NCBI GenBank assembly: GCA_030390025.1
Contig: CM059430.1
Location: 74,462,001-74,526,000, forward strand
DNA from: Squalus acanthias
Lineage: Eukaryota
Length of the DNA stretch: 64,000 nt
Direction of reading: 5' to 3'
Shown here: one piece after another, positions 35,740 to 47,449 of the stretch
Layout of the letters: each line of letters opens with the position of its first letter
How positions within the stretch are numbered: position 1 is the first letter of the stretch
Program-made: the position numbers and the translations under genes
The notes under the pieces: model-generated
What the model saw: the letters and a program-made list of their open reading frames with translations, nothing else
The model's database searches: none
Told to the model about the DNA's origin: nothing

Positions 35740-37490
35740 AACTGGAGGACCTCACATTTTAATGCTGTAGTTGATGCGTCCACATTAAATGTTCACTCAT
35801 CACCAACTGGTTAATCCAAGACTTCAGGAAGCATTTTTGCAAATAAATATTCCGGCCATGAAGTCCACCAAGGCACTCTATGAACATTTGCTTGCTCATT
35901 CCGTCCGGGTCCAATTCTTTGTTGCAACTCTGCTTCATTTGTTGTTTCTTGATTTCGGTACAGAATTTTAAGATCCAAGTTGATGAATACAACATTCTTC
36001 GATTAGGGTCAGTGCCCGATTCCGGTCAGTCTTGATTTTCTGACCGGCATTTTAAGGATATTACTGAAGCCTTGCAAGCTTCACCATTAAGAAAACCATA
36101 CCATGCAAAGTGGAACATTGATGGAGTGTGTAGAGAGGACTGTAGCAGTACACATTGCTTAAATTGGTACGTCTTAGTTGGACTGGCAGTTATTAGTTTA
36201 GGTTTCCGCCAAAGGTTCATGGGCCCTACAACAAATACATGCGAATTTGAGGAGCATATTACAGGTTTTGGAGATAATAGTAGTAAATGGCTAACATTAG
36301 GCATCATGGGTAAATTAATGAAGCCAAAATCAGTGCATGCTATTGGGCACGTACATATAACGTGTTTCTGCTGACGCAGGAGGGGACATCCTTGAACAGT
36401 CCACTCAGGCAGGGCTCTGAGCATAGACAGCAGAATTCTGGATATTTGTGACAGCTTTTCGTTAACCACAATGCAAACTAAACTAAAAACTAACAAAGTA
36501 CGATTTTAAGGTATCAACATAATTAACATAATGTAACGAAACTTTAGAGTATATTCATATTCAGAGTAGTAACATTGTTTAATAGTGGGAATAAACGTTA
36601 ATGCGTCCTAATTGAATGTGGGCAGCTTTGTCTGAAGAAAACGGAGGTAAAGGGCAGGTCATATTAGATTCATCCAACGGGCTGACTGCTTCCACGTATA
36701 TATACAATCTACCTTGCTTACTTACAATAACTGATTATTCTTATTTTTTAATACATTTATAAAGAAGCTGGAATGTCGCGTTATTAATTCAGGAGATGAT
36801 CTAGCGAATTCTTGCAGTGATGATCCATCCAGCAATTTAAATCTTCTTATCAGTTTTTGGAGCGGCCAACCCTGATAGGCAGAAGCTCAGTCATATGTCA
36901 TTAAAGTTGGGATAAACTGATAAGTTAAGTGGATATTTATTGTGTCGACATGCGGATCGGTCCTGCAGGTTGAACAAAACTAGGGATCGAAAAACACGAT
37001 CAATGCCACCGCTGGGTATCTGGAGGGTTTTCTCATTGATCGAAAGAAAAGTAAGAAACATGTTAAGTCAGCTATGATTCTGGATCCAACCTTAGGCCTA
37101 CAGCAATTGCACTGTCAGAAACACTGTTATTCGAACTGGAATCCGAATATAAAGGACATAAAAATGTTAAACAGTTACAGCAGCAATATGTGCAAGAACA
37201 TAAAGATAAAAAATAGAAAAATACCCCTCCGGAGTGGTCTGCACGCAAGCTCTACTAAAGCTCTCTGTAGAAAGGGGCCGTCTACAAAAAGAAAATGAGG
37301 TAGGACAGAGTCAGAGAACAGAGGAATAAAATGAAGAATTGAAATATACAGTCGGTCAGACTGTACGATAAATGAAGGAATCTGATCCTATCACCAACCA
37401 AGAGTCGCAGTCTTGTGGAAGCACATTAGCACACGAGGAACGAAAGTGGTACATCTATGACGCACTAACACAAAGTGGCGTCTGGTCTCT
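35740..37490 (+). pseudogene. Decayed candidate endogenous viral nucleoprotein-like gene (copy 2, more complete)
   Basis: Paralog of 60-1600 that retains ~200 nt deleted in copy 1 (36705-36915: WNVALLIQEMI*RILAVMIHPAI*IFLSVFGAANPDRQKLSHMSLK). Confidence 0.35.
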
Positions 37491-38204
37491 TAGCACCTCA
37501 ACAATAACATTTTCATTGTCATTTTCAAATCTCTACACGGCTCACCCCTCCCTAGCTCTGTAACCAGCTCCAGCCATCTACAACCTCCTGAGAACTATGT
37601 TCCTCCAACACAGGAATTACCTCCGAAAACCTTTCCACCCGCCCTCCTACGTCAACTCCTTTAAAACCATTTTAAAACCAACGGCTTTAAACAAAATTTC
37701 AGTCACCCCTCCTAATGTTTCCTTTGCTTTATTGTCGATTATTTCCGGATACCATTCGGAGAAGCGCCTGGGGACGTTTGCTCTACGATACAGGTGGAGT
37801 TCAACTAGGGATGGGCAATAAATTCTGGCCTTGAGAGCGAAGCCCAGATCCCATAAGCGAATAATTTAAAAAATGGCAATTTGTTGTTGTGTAGCTAGCT
37901 TTGCATTGCCTTTCCTAGATATCCGGACATTTCCTCAAAATGTGTGTGTCGAAGCTATAGGCAGAGGATTGGAAGCGGCTTCTGTCGCAGCATTAGCTGC
38001 CTGACTTCCCTGCAGGGAACGTAAGCAATGTGTGTTTTCCATTGGGAGACCTATTATCCATATATCGTGAAGGTACCACAAATGGTATCGTCAAAATTAT
38101 TGGTATAAATTCTCAACTTAAAATATGTTCTAGCAGAAAAGCGAACAAGAAACTAAATAAATCAGTTCGCAAATAGCCTACAAAGTTGCTACAAAAATTA
38201 ATTT

Positions 38205-38975
38205 AGGAACAGAGGAATATAGGAACTTGAGTTGGCCACTTCGCTCCTCGAATGTGTTCCGCCAGTCAAATCGATCATGACTGAACTGAATCTCAGCTCA
38301 ATTTACCCGCCTGAGTTTCGTATCCCTTAATATCTTTACCTAAGAAAAATGTATCAGTTTCAATATTGACATTTTTAATTGACCTAGCCTGAACAGTTTT
38401 GTGAGGGAGTGAGTTCCGAATTTACAATAACTTGAGTGTGAGCAAGTGCTCCTCGCATCACTCCTGAACTATCTAGCTCTAATTTTAGCTGAGGCCCCTT
38501 GTTTTAAAGCCTCCCATCAGAGGAAGTAGATTCTCCGAATCATTTTACTCTGCTCCTTTAGATCACCCCTAAAACTTCTGTACTCAAGGCAATACAAGCC
38601 TAGTTTCTGCAACCTGTTCCTATAATTAACACTTTTAGCCGGTATAATTCTGATGAATCTATGCTGCATCCCTTCCAAGGCCAGTACAGCCTTCCTGAGG
38701 TGCGGTGCCTAGAAGTGAATGTAGTACTCCAGATGCAATGTAACCAGAGGGTTATACAACTGCAGCAAACGTCCACCCAATTGTATTCCAGCTCCCTTCA
38801 GATGAATGTAAACAATATATCAGCCGTTTCAATTATTTTGTACCTATCCAGTAGCTTCTAATCATCTCCCGACATGAAGCCGTAAATTTCTCTGCTCCTC
38901 CACAGTTCCTAGCTTTTCACCATTTATAAAATAATCTGATTTCTCTTTCTTATGGCCAAATTGGATGTCCTTACA
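38205..38975 (-). mobile_element. CR1 LINE fragment (paralog of 2245-3020)
   Basis: Direct homology to copy 1 with the same flanks. Confidence 0.75.
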
Positions 38976-40603
38976 GCTTCAGTATAACACATTTAGCGTC
39001 ACTTCTGTAAACCGGAAACTTCAGTGGCCGTGGACTGTCATTTTCAAGAATAGTTCTGCACTGGCTTTAATGCAATGACATTGAATGACTGTCTAATTTA
39101 CTTCATATATAATTAACTTTAATAGAATTCAGTGAACACTGGTGGATACTTCAGTTGTCTTTGCAAAATCTATTGGAAAACTGGACCGTTCAACAAACAG
39201 GCCAGACATTTATTACAAGATAACTACAACGTTTTTCGAATATCTTCCAGTCACTTTGTGCTAAAACATTCATATGTAAACCTATGCAAAGTTAACCCTA
39301 TTTGGAGCTATTTTTCATACCTGGTTTAACATGCAATAATATAATGAAACACTAAATGGTTTTGAATCAGTTAATGAAAGTTTAATATATTAATAACAAT
39401 GAATCGAGTAATTAAATGGAGAAAAATTATTTGAACATTTTCTGTAAAATACTGAATAACCGGTTAAAATTGATGCAGAATGGTGTGTAAGTAACATAAT
39501 TTTGTTGCATTACGCTGAAGATGGAAATCTACTGCTTCGTGCAAAGATGAGTAACTGGCTAACGTCTAATATATAAAATTCATATTGCGGGTTTAGCTAT
39601 GCATGTTAATGATGGGATTTCATCACCAAAATTACAAATATAAGCAGCACTTTGGGAATTTGCAAACTTTCTTAGAAGGGTAGATCAATATATATTTGAG
39701 AAACAGTCCCTGATTATTCTTTAATTCAGTGCTAGCCGTTAAATATATATGGAAATGTTGGAATTCGCATCGTGTTATTGTTTTTTCTCGCTCCTCAGGT
39801 CTTCTCTCCGAAACCAAGGTACTTCATTAAACAAATGACTGGCTTTCTGAAGTATATTCGAACTGAAGCACTCAATCATATAATTGATTAATTAGTGATT
39901 CTACGTTTTTCTTCTGAAAACAAATGATTGTACCACATTCTTGATGTGGGCAAGAGAGATACTTAACACAAAATAACCAGCACAGGATGAATATTAAACT
40001 CTTGATATCAGAACCTACACGTGCTTTCATACATTATGAGGCTATGTCAACCTTTTTACTAACATTCTACAGGGACGGAGGAGTTTGGGAACACTTGCCA
40101 GTGACTCGTCTGTTATTCACATTAGATTTCTACCTGCCTGGTTCATGTATATTGATTTCTGAGGTCCCGAATGTGCAACCATAAGAAGCATACCACAAAA
40201 TAATAATGGGGGGATATTACGCCTTAGTGTTTGTCAATTTTCAGAACACACAGTTGTCTCATATTAATCTCATTACAAATAAAATAGTGCACGATTGAAA
40301 ATGATAATGTTGCAGCAGGAAGTAAAGCTGATCCGGGCCAGGAAATAAAAGTGTCAGATTTCTGGTGTTGAACATTGCTGGAAGAATATATAGATGTATT
40401 TTTTATTTTGGTTTATATGTTTTCTTCATTTTGGTAGCAATATTTCTTCCCCTGCTCATCCTGATGGATACGCTGTTAATACGACATTTAGATGAGTGCA
40501 ATTTACGAGTATTTACGTGGTTCGGCCACGAGGTCAAGTCCGGCGAAATGGCACAGCCAAGGGGGAGGCGAGGCGGGGGTAATTGGGTTTAAGGGTAGTA
40601 TAG

Positions 40604-41431
40604 GCGGCCTGGAGAAGGGCCTCTGCACGTGGAGAGTTCCCCTTTCTGCAGAACCTCCGCTCCCTGAAATCACTTAAAAATCTTACGCCTGGCAAAAGCA
40701 GGCGTACGGCCTGCTTTTAACAGCATAAGATTTTAAAAAAGGATAAAAAATATTTTTCCACTCATTTATAATTTTAAAATACTTTAAAAAAGAGGTATGT
40801 TTATTTTTAGCCCCTAGAAAACTTTCATTACTTTTTCAAAAGATTAAATATTTGTTTAAAATATTTAACTTAATGTAATTTTAACTCATTTTAAAAACGT
40901 CTTGGTTTTTTAATATTTATTTCAGGTTTTGCTTTCTTTTTTTAGTGATCCCCATTCGTACTTTAAACAGGTCTATCTGTCAAAAGTATTCATGATGTGG
41001 AGACTGGGGTTGACAAAAATGAGAAGTCGCACAACACCAGGTTATAGTCCAGCAGATTTATTTAAATTTACAAGCTTTCAGAGCTGTCGCCCCTTCCTCA
41101 GGTAGAGTTACTGTGAAGGGGCGACAGCTCCGAAAGCTTGTAATTTTAAATAAATCTGTTGGACTATATCCTGTTGTTGTGCGACTTCTTATTTTTGTCA
41201 AAAGTATGACGAGAGATTTCCTTCTCCCATTGGCTCGCCTGGCCCACGTGTTCCCCGGGACGCTTGCGAACGGCATGCGGCCCTGGAATATGTGGGCCCT
41301 GCGCATTTCGATTCTGGAGAGGCCCAGGATTGGAAATGGCCGGTCCTCGGGAACCTTCAGGTAAGGGCGTAGACTTTTCCCCGATAGGAGGCATCCGCAC
41401 GCAGGAAGCCTCCTGACGGAAATTACGGGCC
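40604..41431 (-). mobile_element. Harbinger-like MITE (family C) with a nested palindromic insert
   Basis: Ends GGAAATTACGGGCC; body homologous to 15420-15903; replaces the R2 3' end present in copy 1. Confidence 0.7.
40990..41195. mobile_element. Short foldback (palindromic) Penelope-derived element
   Basis: ~90-bp arms ttgacaaaaatgagaagtcgcacaaca.. / ..tgttgtgcgacttcttatttttgtcaa; flanked by TGTCAAAAGTAT repeats (40978-40989, 41196-41207); hammerhead-like CTGAGGA..GAAAGC core in the arm. Confidence 0.7.
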
Positions 41432-43002
41432 ATTATGTCGGGACTCCAAAGTTTGCCGTCTGAGAATTTGAGTGCGCGATCGATGTAGGCTGTCCAGTCA
41501 TATCTACTGATCTTTTCCTTCAGCCTTTCGATAACCTTGTTGCGTCACTTTATCTTTGCGTTCTTAACTGAGCGACAGCTTCCTGTTATATGGGATAGCT
41601 TTTCCTTGGCAGCACCGCAGTTCCTGCAGAGTTTTGTTGATGCGATCCTTCTGAGTGGAAGTGGCTATCTGGTGTGATAGATATTGAATCGTAGTAGAAG
41701 AGCATTGACAAAGTTACATTGTTTCATTTTACTGTTTAAACTGAGCCAATTGATGAGATATTGTTGTTAGGATAGCAAGCCAGTCCTGAGTCTTGGTATT
41801 GGAGTTTTGCGCATTTTTCGAACTCCAAGCTTCTCCATTCTAAGTATTCGTTTATTTTGGTATTCCTTTTGCTTAGCCGGTCGTCGGGTACTATATTTTG
41901 TAGTAGTTCTGCTATGTCTGGTTCTAGATCTTCCGTTTATGTAACGCTGTCCTCAGTGAATACTTTATTCGATGATCCTTCGTGCAGGTTTGCCTCTTTG
42001 AGTTCTTTAAGGTGTTTTCGTTTTTGATGTTGCCTTTGTTGTTTGTTCCACAATAATTGAATGAGGCTCTTATGATAGGATCGTTTGACTTCTCCAAGAC
42101 ATCAAGTTTCCTTATTATCGCCGATGGTATCTGCATTTCCAACTTGGGTAGGCTCAATCTCCCGTCTCTTGTTCTTCAGGAGAGTGTTCCGTCGGAGATA
42201 TCTTTGGGTAAGTGGAGAATTTCCTTGATACCCTTTTTAATTATTCTGTCCAGAATGTTAGTGTAATCTGTGATACCTCTGTGAGAATAAGATCGTTGTA
42301 GATTCTCGGTATCCTTTGTGTTTTTAATATCATAATCATCTGAGTGGGTTTGAGTTCAATTTCTTTCAGATGGTGTACAGAAGTTGAAAGTTTTTTCTGG
42401 CCACTTATCTTCAGTGACATCTGACCATTGATCGATCTGAGCGCCAAGATATTTTTCCATTGTTCCTGGCGTTATGTAATCCAGTTACTTACTGTCTACA
42501 GCCCCTTTCCTTCATTGGTTATATAGGAAAGTCTTGTTACTATAATTTATTTCGAACCCAGCAGTGTTTTTACTTTAATTTCTAGTCCTGTTTTCTTGCA
42601 GAACGTCTCCAACACGGAAAAGTTTTTGATGATCTCGGCGTGGGAGTCGCTTAATAGTGTGATGCAGTCCGCGATTGAAGTATTGTGCATTTCCTTGAAC
42701 CGTTGTTATTTCCCATCCATACGCCGGCACCATCCTTTGTAGTGAACATAGGAATGGGTCCAAAGTTATGTTAAACAAAAGCGTAGAACGATAGTCGCCT
42801 TGTTTGATCCCTTTCTTGATGATTATTGGACCTGTAATTTCCCTGTCTCCTTCGATAATCGTAGTTCCGGAGAACACGGTTCAATCAGTTTAATGAACTG
42901 CTTGTTCAGCCCCATCCTGTCCAGACGTTCGATATCAAAATAAAAACAGAAAATGCTGGAGATATTCAGCAGGTAAGGCAGCATCGGTGAAGAGCGAAAC
43001 AG

Positions 43003-43040
43003 CGTTAACGTTTCAGGTCGATGACCTTTCGTCAGAACTG
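43003..43040 (-). ncRNA. Minimal hammerhead ribozyme motif in the Penelope terminal region
   Basis: Minus strand gtt-CTGACGA-a-AGGTC-atc-GACCT-GAAAC-GTT-aac: complete catalytic core, perfect 5-bp stem II, palindromic stem III. Confidence 0.75.
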
Positions 43041-44115
43041 GAAAAGAGCAGGAAATGGAACAGATTATTATGCAAGTGTAGGAGCTGGGAAAGGGGGGAA
43101 GGGATGAAAGCACAAAAGGTAAGGTCTGTGATAGGTTATAAGGCAGGAGAGGTTAAGAGACATTAAGAGACATTAAGAGATATTCAAGGCAAAAGGAGAT
43201 GGTAATGGGACAGGTTAAGAAGCAAAAGATGGCTCCAGATGAAGAGTAAATTGCGCTAGCAGAATGAAAGATAGCAGCCACGTCGGAGAGAAGAAAATAA
43301 AACACAAACAAAAAAAGGTGTGGATAAAATCTATATATATAAGATAGGGCCGAGGTTATTATCTAAAATTGTTGAATTCTATGTTGAGTACAGAAGGCTG
43401 TAAAGTGCCTAATAGAAACATGAGGTGCTGTTCTTCGAGCTTACGTTGAGCTTCAGTGGACCAATGTAAGAGGCCGAGGATGGTGAGGTCGGAGTAGAGG
43501 TGGAGCGGAGAATTAAAGTGACAGGCGACCGGAAGCTCGGGGTCCCCCTTACGGACTGCACGGAGGTGTTCCGCAAAGTGGTTACCCAATCTGAGTATGC
43601 TCTCCCCAGTGTAGAGGAGACCGCATCGTGAGCAGCGAATACACTGGCACAGAAATTTGACTCGGAGTCTTGGCGCGGGGGTAAGGATCGCGCGCGATAT
43701 TACATACCGCGTCTGCCGTTCTTCTTTTCCACCGCAGGAACTTTGGTTTTTCTGAGCAGCACTCCAGGGCAGCGTCTGACGTCACACCGCCCTGGAGCGC
43801 AGCGTGCGCGTTGCCTCCCGTGCGGTGGGCCGTGAAGACACGCCCTGGAAGGTCGCATTAGCATAGGCCACGCCCCCAATTTTTTTTCTCTCCTGGCAAC
43901 TTTGTAAATTGCAGCACACGGATTTCTAGCGACGCTGGACTTTACTATTCAAGTAAGATGTATTTAAATTCATGTTTTGCAAACTTTTAAAGACTATTAC
44001 ATGAATTGGAAGAAATTTAAACAGTTTTTAAGAGATTTGAAGTAATTTAAATAATTTTAAAAGCCCTGAAATCATTTTATTCATTCATTTTACTTTATTT
44101 AATCAGCAAAGTGAA

Positions 44116-45773
44116 ATGGTTGGAATGAGCACAATTCAAATTCTGAAAAGAACTCAAAATTTCAGTGACGATGATCTCAGCACACTCCTCGACGAGGTTG
44201 ACGTGAAGCGCGTGCAGATAATTGGAACTGAGAAGTCCAAAGCCCCACGAAAAGGCCACATGTTACCTTGGAAAGAGGTTGCACAGGCTGTAAGCGTGAA
44301 CTCCACCATTACATGGACAGCAGAACAATGCCGCAAGAAATTCAGTGATTTATTGCGAACTCTCAAGGTTTGTATAGTTACTACAAAAGACAACTGTTAA
44401 ATGTCTTTAAATTTAACTGAACTAGTTTTAATAATATATATGTATGTGTTTGTTTACTGAAGTGAATTACCTGCAGTCACAAGATGCTGCCATAATTTTT
44501 TATGGCTTTTGGGGCCAGCTCAGGGTAATCCATTGTGGTCTTATCTTGATTCCACTGCTTTGAATTGTTTAGTGAGTTAACTGTGTGTGTCCAATGCACT
44601 TTGGGTGTAAAAACCTTACATTTCATGACATTTCATATTTTCTCTTTTCATTTTAGACTAAAACTGCTCACAACGCCAGAGAATGTGCACTGACAGGCGG
44701 TGGTGTTGTCACGTTAAGGGCTTTAACCGAACATGAGGAGAGGCTCGAGCATCTATTTGGATTTATTTGCGGCTGCCCCTTTGAAGCTGTACGAACTGAC
44801 ACAGGTTTGCATAACCGTGATTTGCTCTGGCCAGCTAATGTTTAAAAATGCTAGATGTGTGTAGAATATCAGCTTCTGTGATGTGGCACATCATGCTTTA
44901 CCTTTGCTAATCTTTACTGTTTCCTTTCCATACTTTTACAGCAAACTTCTCACACGCGGGATGAGCAGTGCGTTGAGTCTGCAGCCGCAGAGTGCTTTGG
45001 GGAAGGGGTTGTTGAGGCAATGGGAGCTGTGAGTGAGGTGGTGGTGGTGGAGGAGCAGGAGCAACTTGTTGATGTAGTGGAAGTGGAGGGTATGGAATCT
45101 GGGTTGCTGGAGAGGTCCTCTCCATCTCCTGGCCCCTCTGGCGCTGTGCCAGACAGACACCAGCTTGATACTGCAGTGCATGTGGGTGAAGCAGATATAC
45201 ATGCAGATATACATGCAACAGAACAGGAGTTACAAGGTCAGATGCAGCATCTTGAATGGTTGAGGCAATCGATGTGTTCTCTTACAGAGAAACAAGTTGA
45301 GTCTCTTGCCTCGATCAGGCAGGGAAAAGGATTCTATGTGCATGTCACTTAATCAAATAAATGAGTCTCTCATTGGTCTCTTTCAGAAACCAAATGTGGG
45401 AATGGAGCTTCATCAAATAAATAAATCTCTCATTGGACTCTTGCAGAAACCAGATGTGGGAATGGAGCTTCATAAAATAAATGAGTCTCCCGTTGGACTC
45501 TTGCATATGCTTCAACCACATTCTGCTGCCTTTACTGTGACTCACGCAGAACCGCCCTTACCTGCTCCCAGCGCAGAAACAGTGCAGGTCCAAGAGCCAG
45601 CTGCTCCGCCAGTTGTGATGCAAGCAATCATTGCCTTGCGGCAGCAGCAGCTGCAGCAGCAGCAACCCTGTCAGGAGGCAATTGCTGAAGGGCAAGAGAT
45701 GGCAAACAGGGCCCTTTCAAGTCGCAGCACAGGGCTCCGGTCACGGGTAGCGGGAAAGCACAGGAGACGGTAA
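44116..45773 (+). pseudogene. Harbinger family A Myb/SANT DNA-binding protein, 3 exons, damaged
   Basis: Exon 1 44116-44367 (KRTQNFSDDDLSTLLDEV..WKEVAQAV..WTAEQCRKKFSDL), exon 2 44657-44804 (TKTAHNAREC..TGGG); exon-3 acceptor reads ttccatac here but ttccacag in the 13.9-kb copy; frameshift near 45330. Confidence 0.8.
45348..45505 (+). repeat. 60-bp coding tandem repeat, ~2.6 units
   Basis: Unit encodes LHQINKSLIGLLQKPDVGME; about 1.6 units in the other family A copy (13400-13500). Confidence 0.85.
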
Positions 45774-46300
45774 GGTATCACCTTTTCCACAATGCACATC
45801 CGTTGACCCTCAGGCTTAGATGCGAGGGGGTAAATCGTTCAATTGTTTAATTTTTCCGTTTAATTAAAACTTACATGTTTTCATAGTTATTTTTATTGAA
45901 ATATATGTTTGTCACTGAATGTGTATGTAACCTTTTCATTTAAAAAGTACAGCCTCTAGTCACTTTGAAAAAATTCAAATTGTTTATTTACAAAAATAAT
46001 TTAACATTAAAACTGTTTTAAATTTAGGAAATAGTTAGTTTCCATCTTGAATGTCTTTATTGCAGTAACAAAACAAAAAAGTCACTGAAAACTGTTTACA
46101 AATTTTATTCTAACCTATTTATGATTACGAATGTTTGAAAAGCTGAAAATAGCTAGTTAACATTGAAAAGTTATAAACTATGTACATCAACACTGAACCT
46201 CAGAAGTCTTTAATGCTGCAATAAAAGAGCACTGTTTCACTTTAAATTGTTCCTTTCTTTGCCTTGCTGGGGGAGGGGGAGGTGGAGGTACAAGGCGACA

Positions 46301-47449
46301 CTACCTCGTGAAGGTGTTGGCTACCAGCTGCTCCCGAGCAGCCTTACTTTGAGCAGCACTTTGCTCGGCCACATCACGCCTTCCCACAGGCACATTGGCA
46401 TCGTCCACATCCTCCATTTCAGCAGGTAGTTCCTCTGCAGCGTTAAGGGTCAGTCCTTCCCGCATGGCAAAGTTATGTAAAGCACAAGAAGCCACCAAAA
46501 TCTTTGCCACTTTCAGAGGAGAATACTGCAAGGTCCCCCCTGACCTGTCCAGGCTCCGGAAGCGTGATTTCAGAACTCCGATTGTCCTCTCCACCACTTG
46601 CCGTGTGGACACGTGTTCCTTGTTGTATCTCTCCTGAGCCTCATTATTGGTGTTGCGGTAGGGAGTCATCAGCCATGGTCTTAGCGGGTAGCCCTTGTCG
46701 CCCAATATCCATGCGGATGCTGGAGGCAATGCATTGAGGGCACAATATAAGTTCGAGTTACGGAGGACGAAGGAGTCATGATTACTTCCCCGGTTACCAT
46801 CATTCACATTTAGGATCCTGAGGTGCGCATCACAGACAATCAGGACATTCAATGAATGAAACCCCTTCCTGTTGATGAATGTCACAGGTGCATCCACTGT
46901 TGCCTTCAATGCAAAATGGGTTCCATCGACGGCCCCAATCACTTGGGGGAATCTAGCAATGTTATGAAATGCAAGGGCCATCTCCTTTTGATGGCGAGCG
47001 GACAAGTCATAGTTAATGAACTCTGAAACCCTACAGAAAATGGCTTCTGTGACCTGGTGAATGCAGGTCCTCGCAGCATTCTTGGAGATGTTGGTAATGT
47101 TGCCGGTGCTTGCCTGAAATGACCCACTTGCAAAGAAGTTTAGTGCTGTGGTTACCTTCATGCTCACTGACAATGCAGTCCGGTTCTTCGAGCGTGTTTG
47201 AAGGTCCTCCTTTAACCTGTCACAGAGACGGCCGATTGACTCGTTACTGAAGCGCAGCCTCCTCACACACAACTCCTCCGACAGCATCTCAAATGACAGC
47301 CTCTCCCTGTACACTCTATGGGGTGGGTAGTAGTTTCTCCTTCTCAGGAGGAGACGGTTTTGGTTCCTCCGTCTGTCTTGTCGCCTGGCGTCTAAAATTC
47401 TCTGATACAAAATCCAACAGAGGAACAGGACTTGATTCTCGAAGGTCAT
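46301..47449 (-). CDS. Harbinger DDE transposase (HARBI1-like), family A, 382 aa
   Basis: Open ORF with RRLRFS, ALNFFASG, GAVDGTH, FINRKGFHSLNV, GSNHDSFVL, ILGDKGYPL, VERTIGVLKSRFR, CALHNF. Confidence 0.93.
   Translation of the reverse strand: MTFENQVLFLCWILYQRILDARRQDRRRNQNRLLLRRRNYYPPHRVYRERLSFEMLSEELCVRRLRFSNESIGRLCDRLKEDLQTRSKNRTALSVSMKVTTALNFFASGSFQASTGNITNISKNAARTCIHQVTEAIFCRVSEFINYDLSARHQKEMALAFHNIARFPQVIGAVDGTHFALKATVDAPVTFINRKGFHSLNVLIVCDAHLRILNVNDGNRGSNHDSFVLRNSNLYCALNALPPASAWILGDKGYPLRPWLMTPYRNTNNEAQERYNKEHVSTRQVVERTIGVLKSRFRSLDRSGGTLQYSPLKVAKILVASCALHNFAMREGLTLNAAEELPAEMEDVDDANVPVGRRDVAEQSAAQSKAAREQLVANTFTR

Noticed and set aside
36026-36496. 156-aa minus-strand ORF
   Set aside because: Not maintained over its length in copy 1 and no motif; more likely the antisense of the decayed plus-strand coding region.
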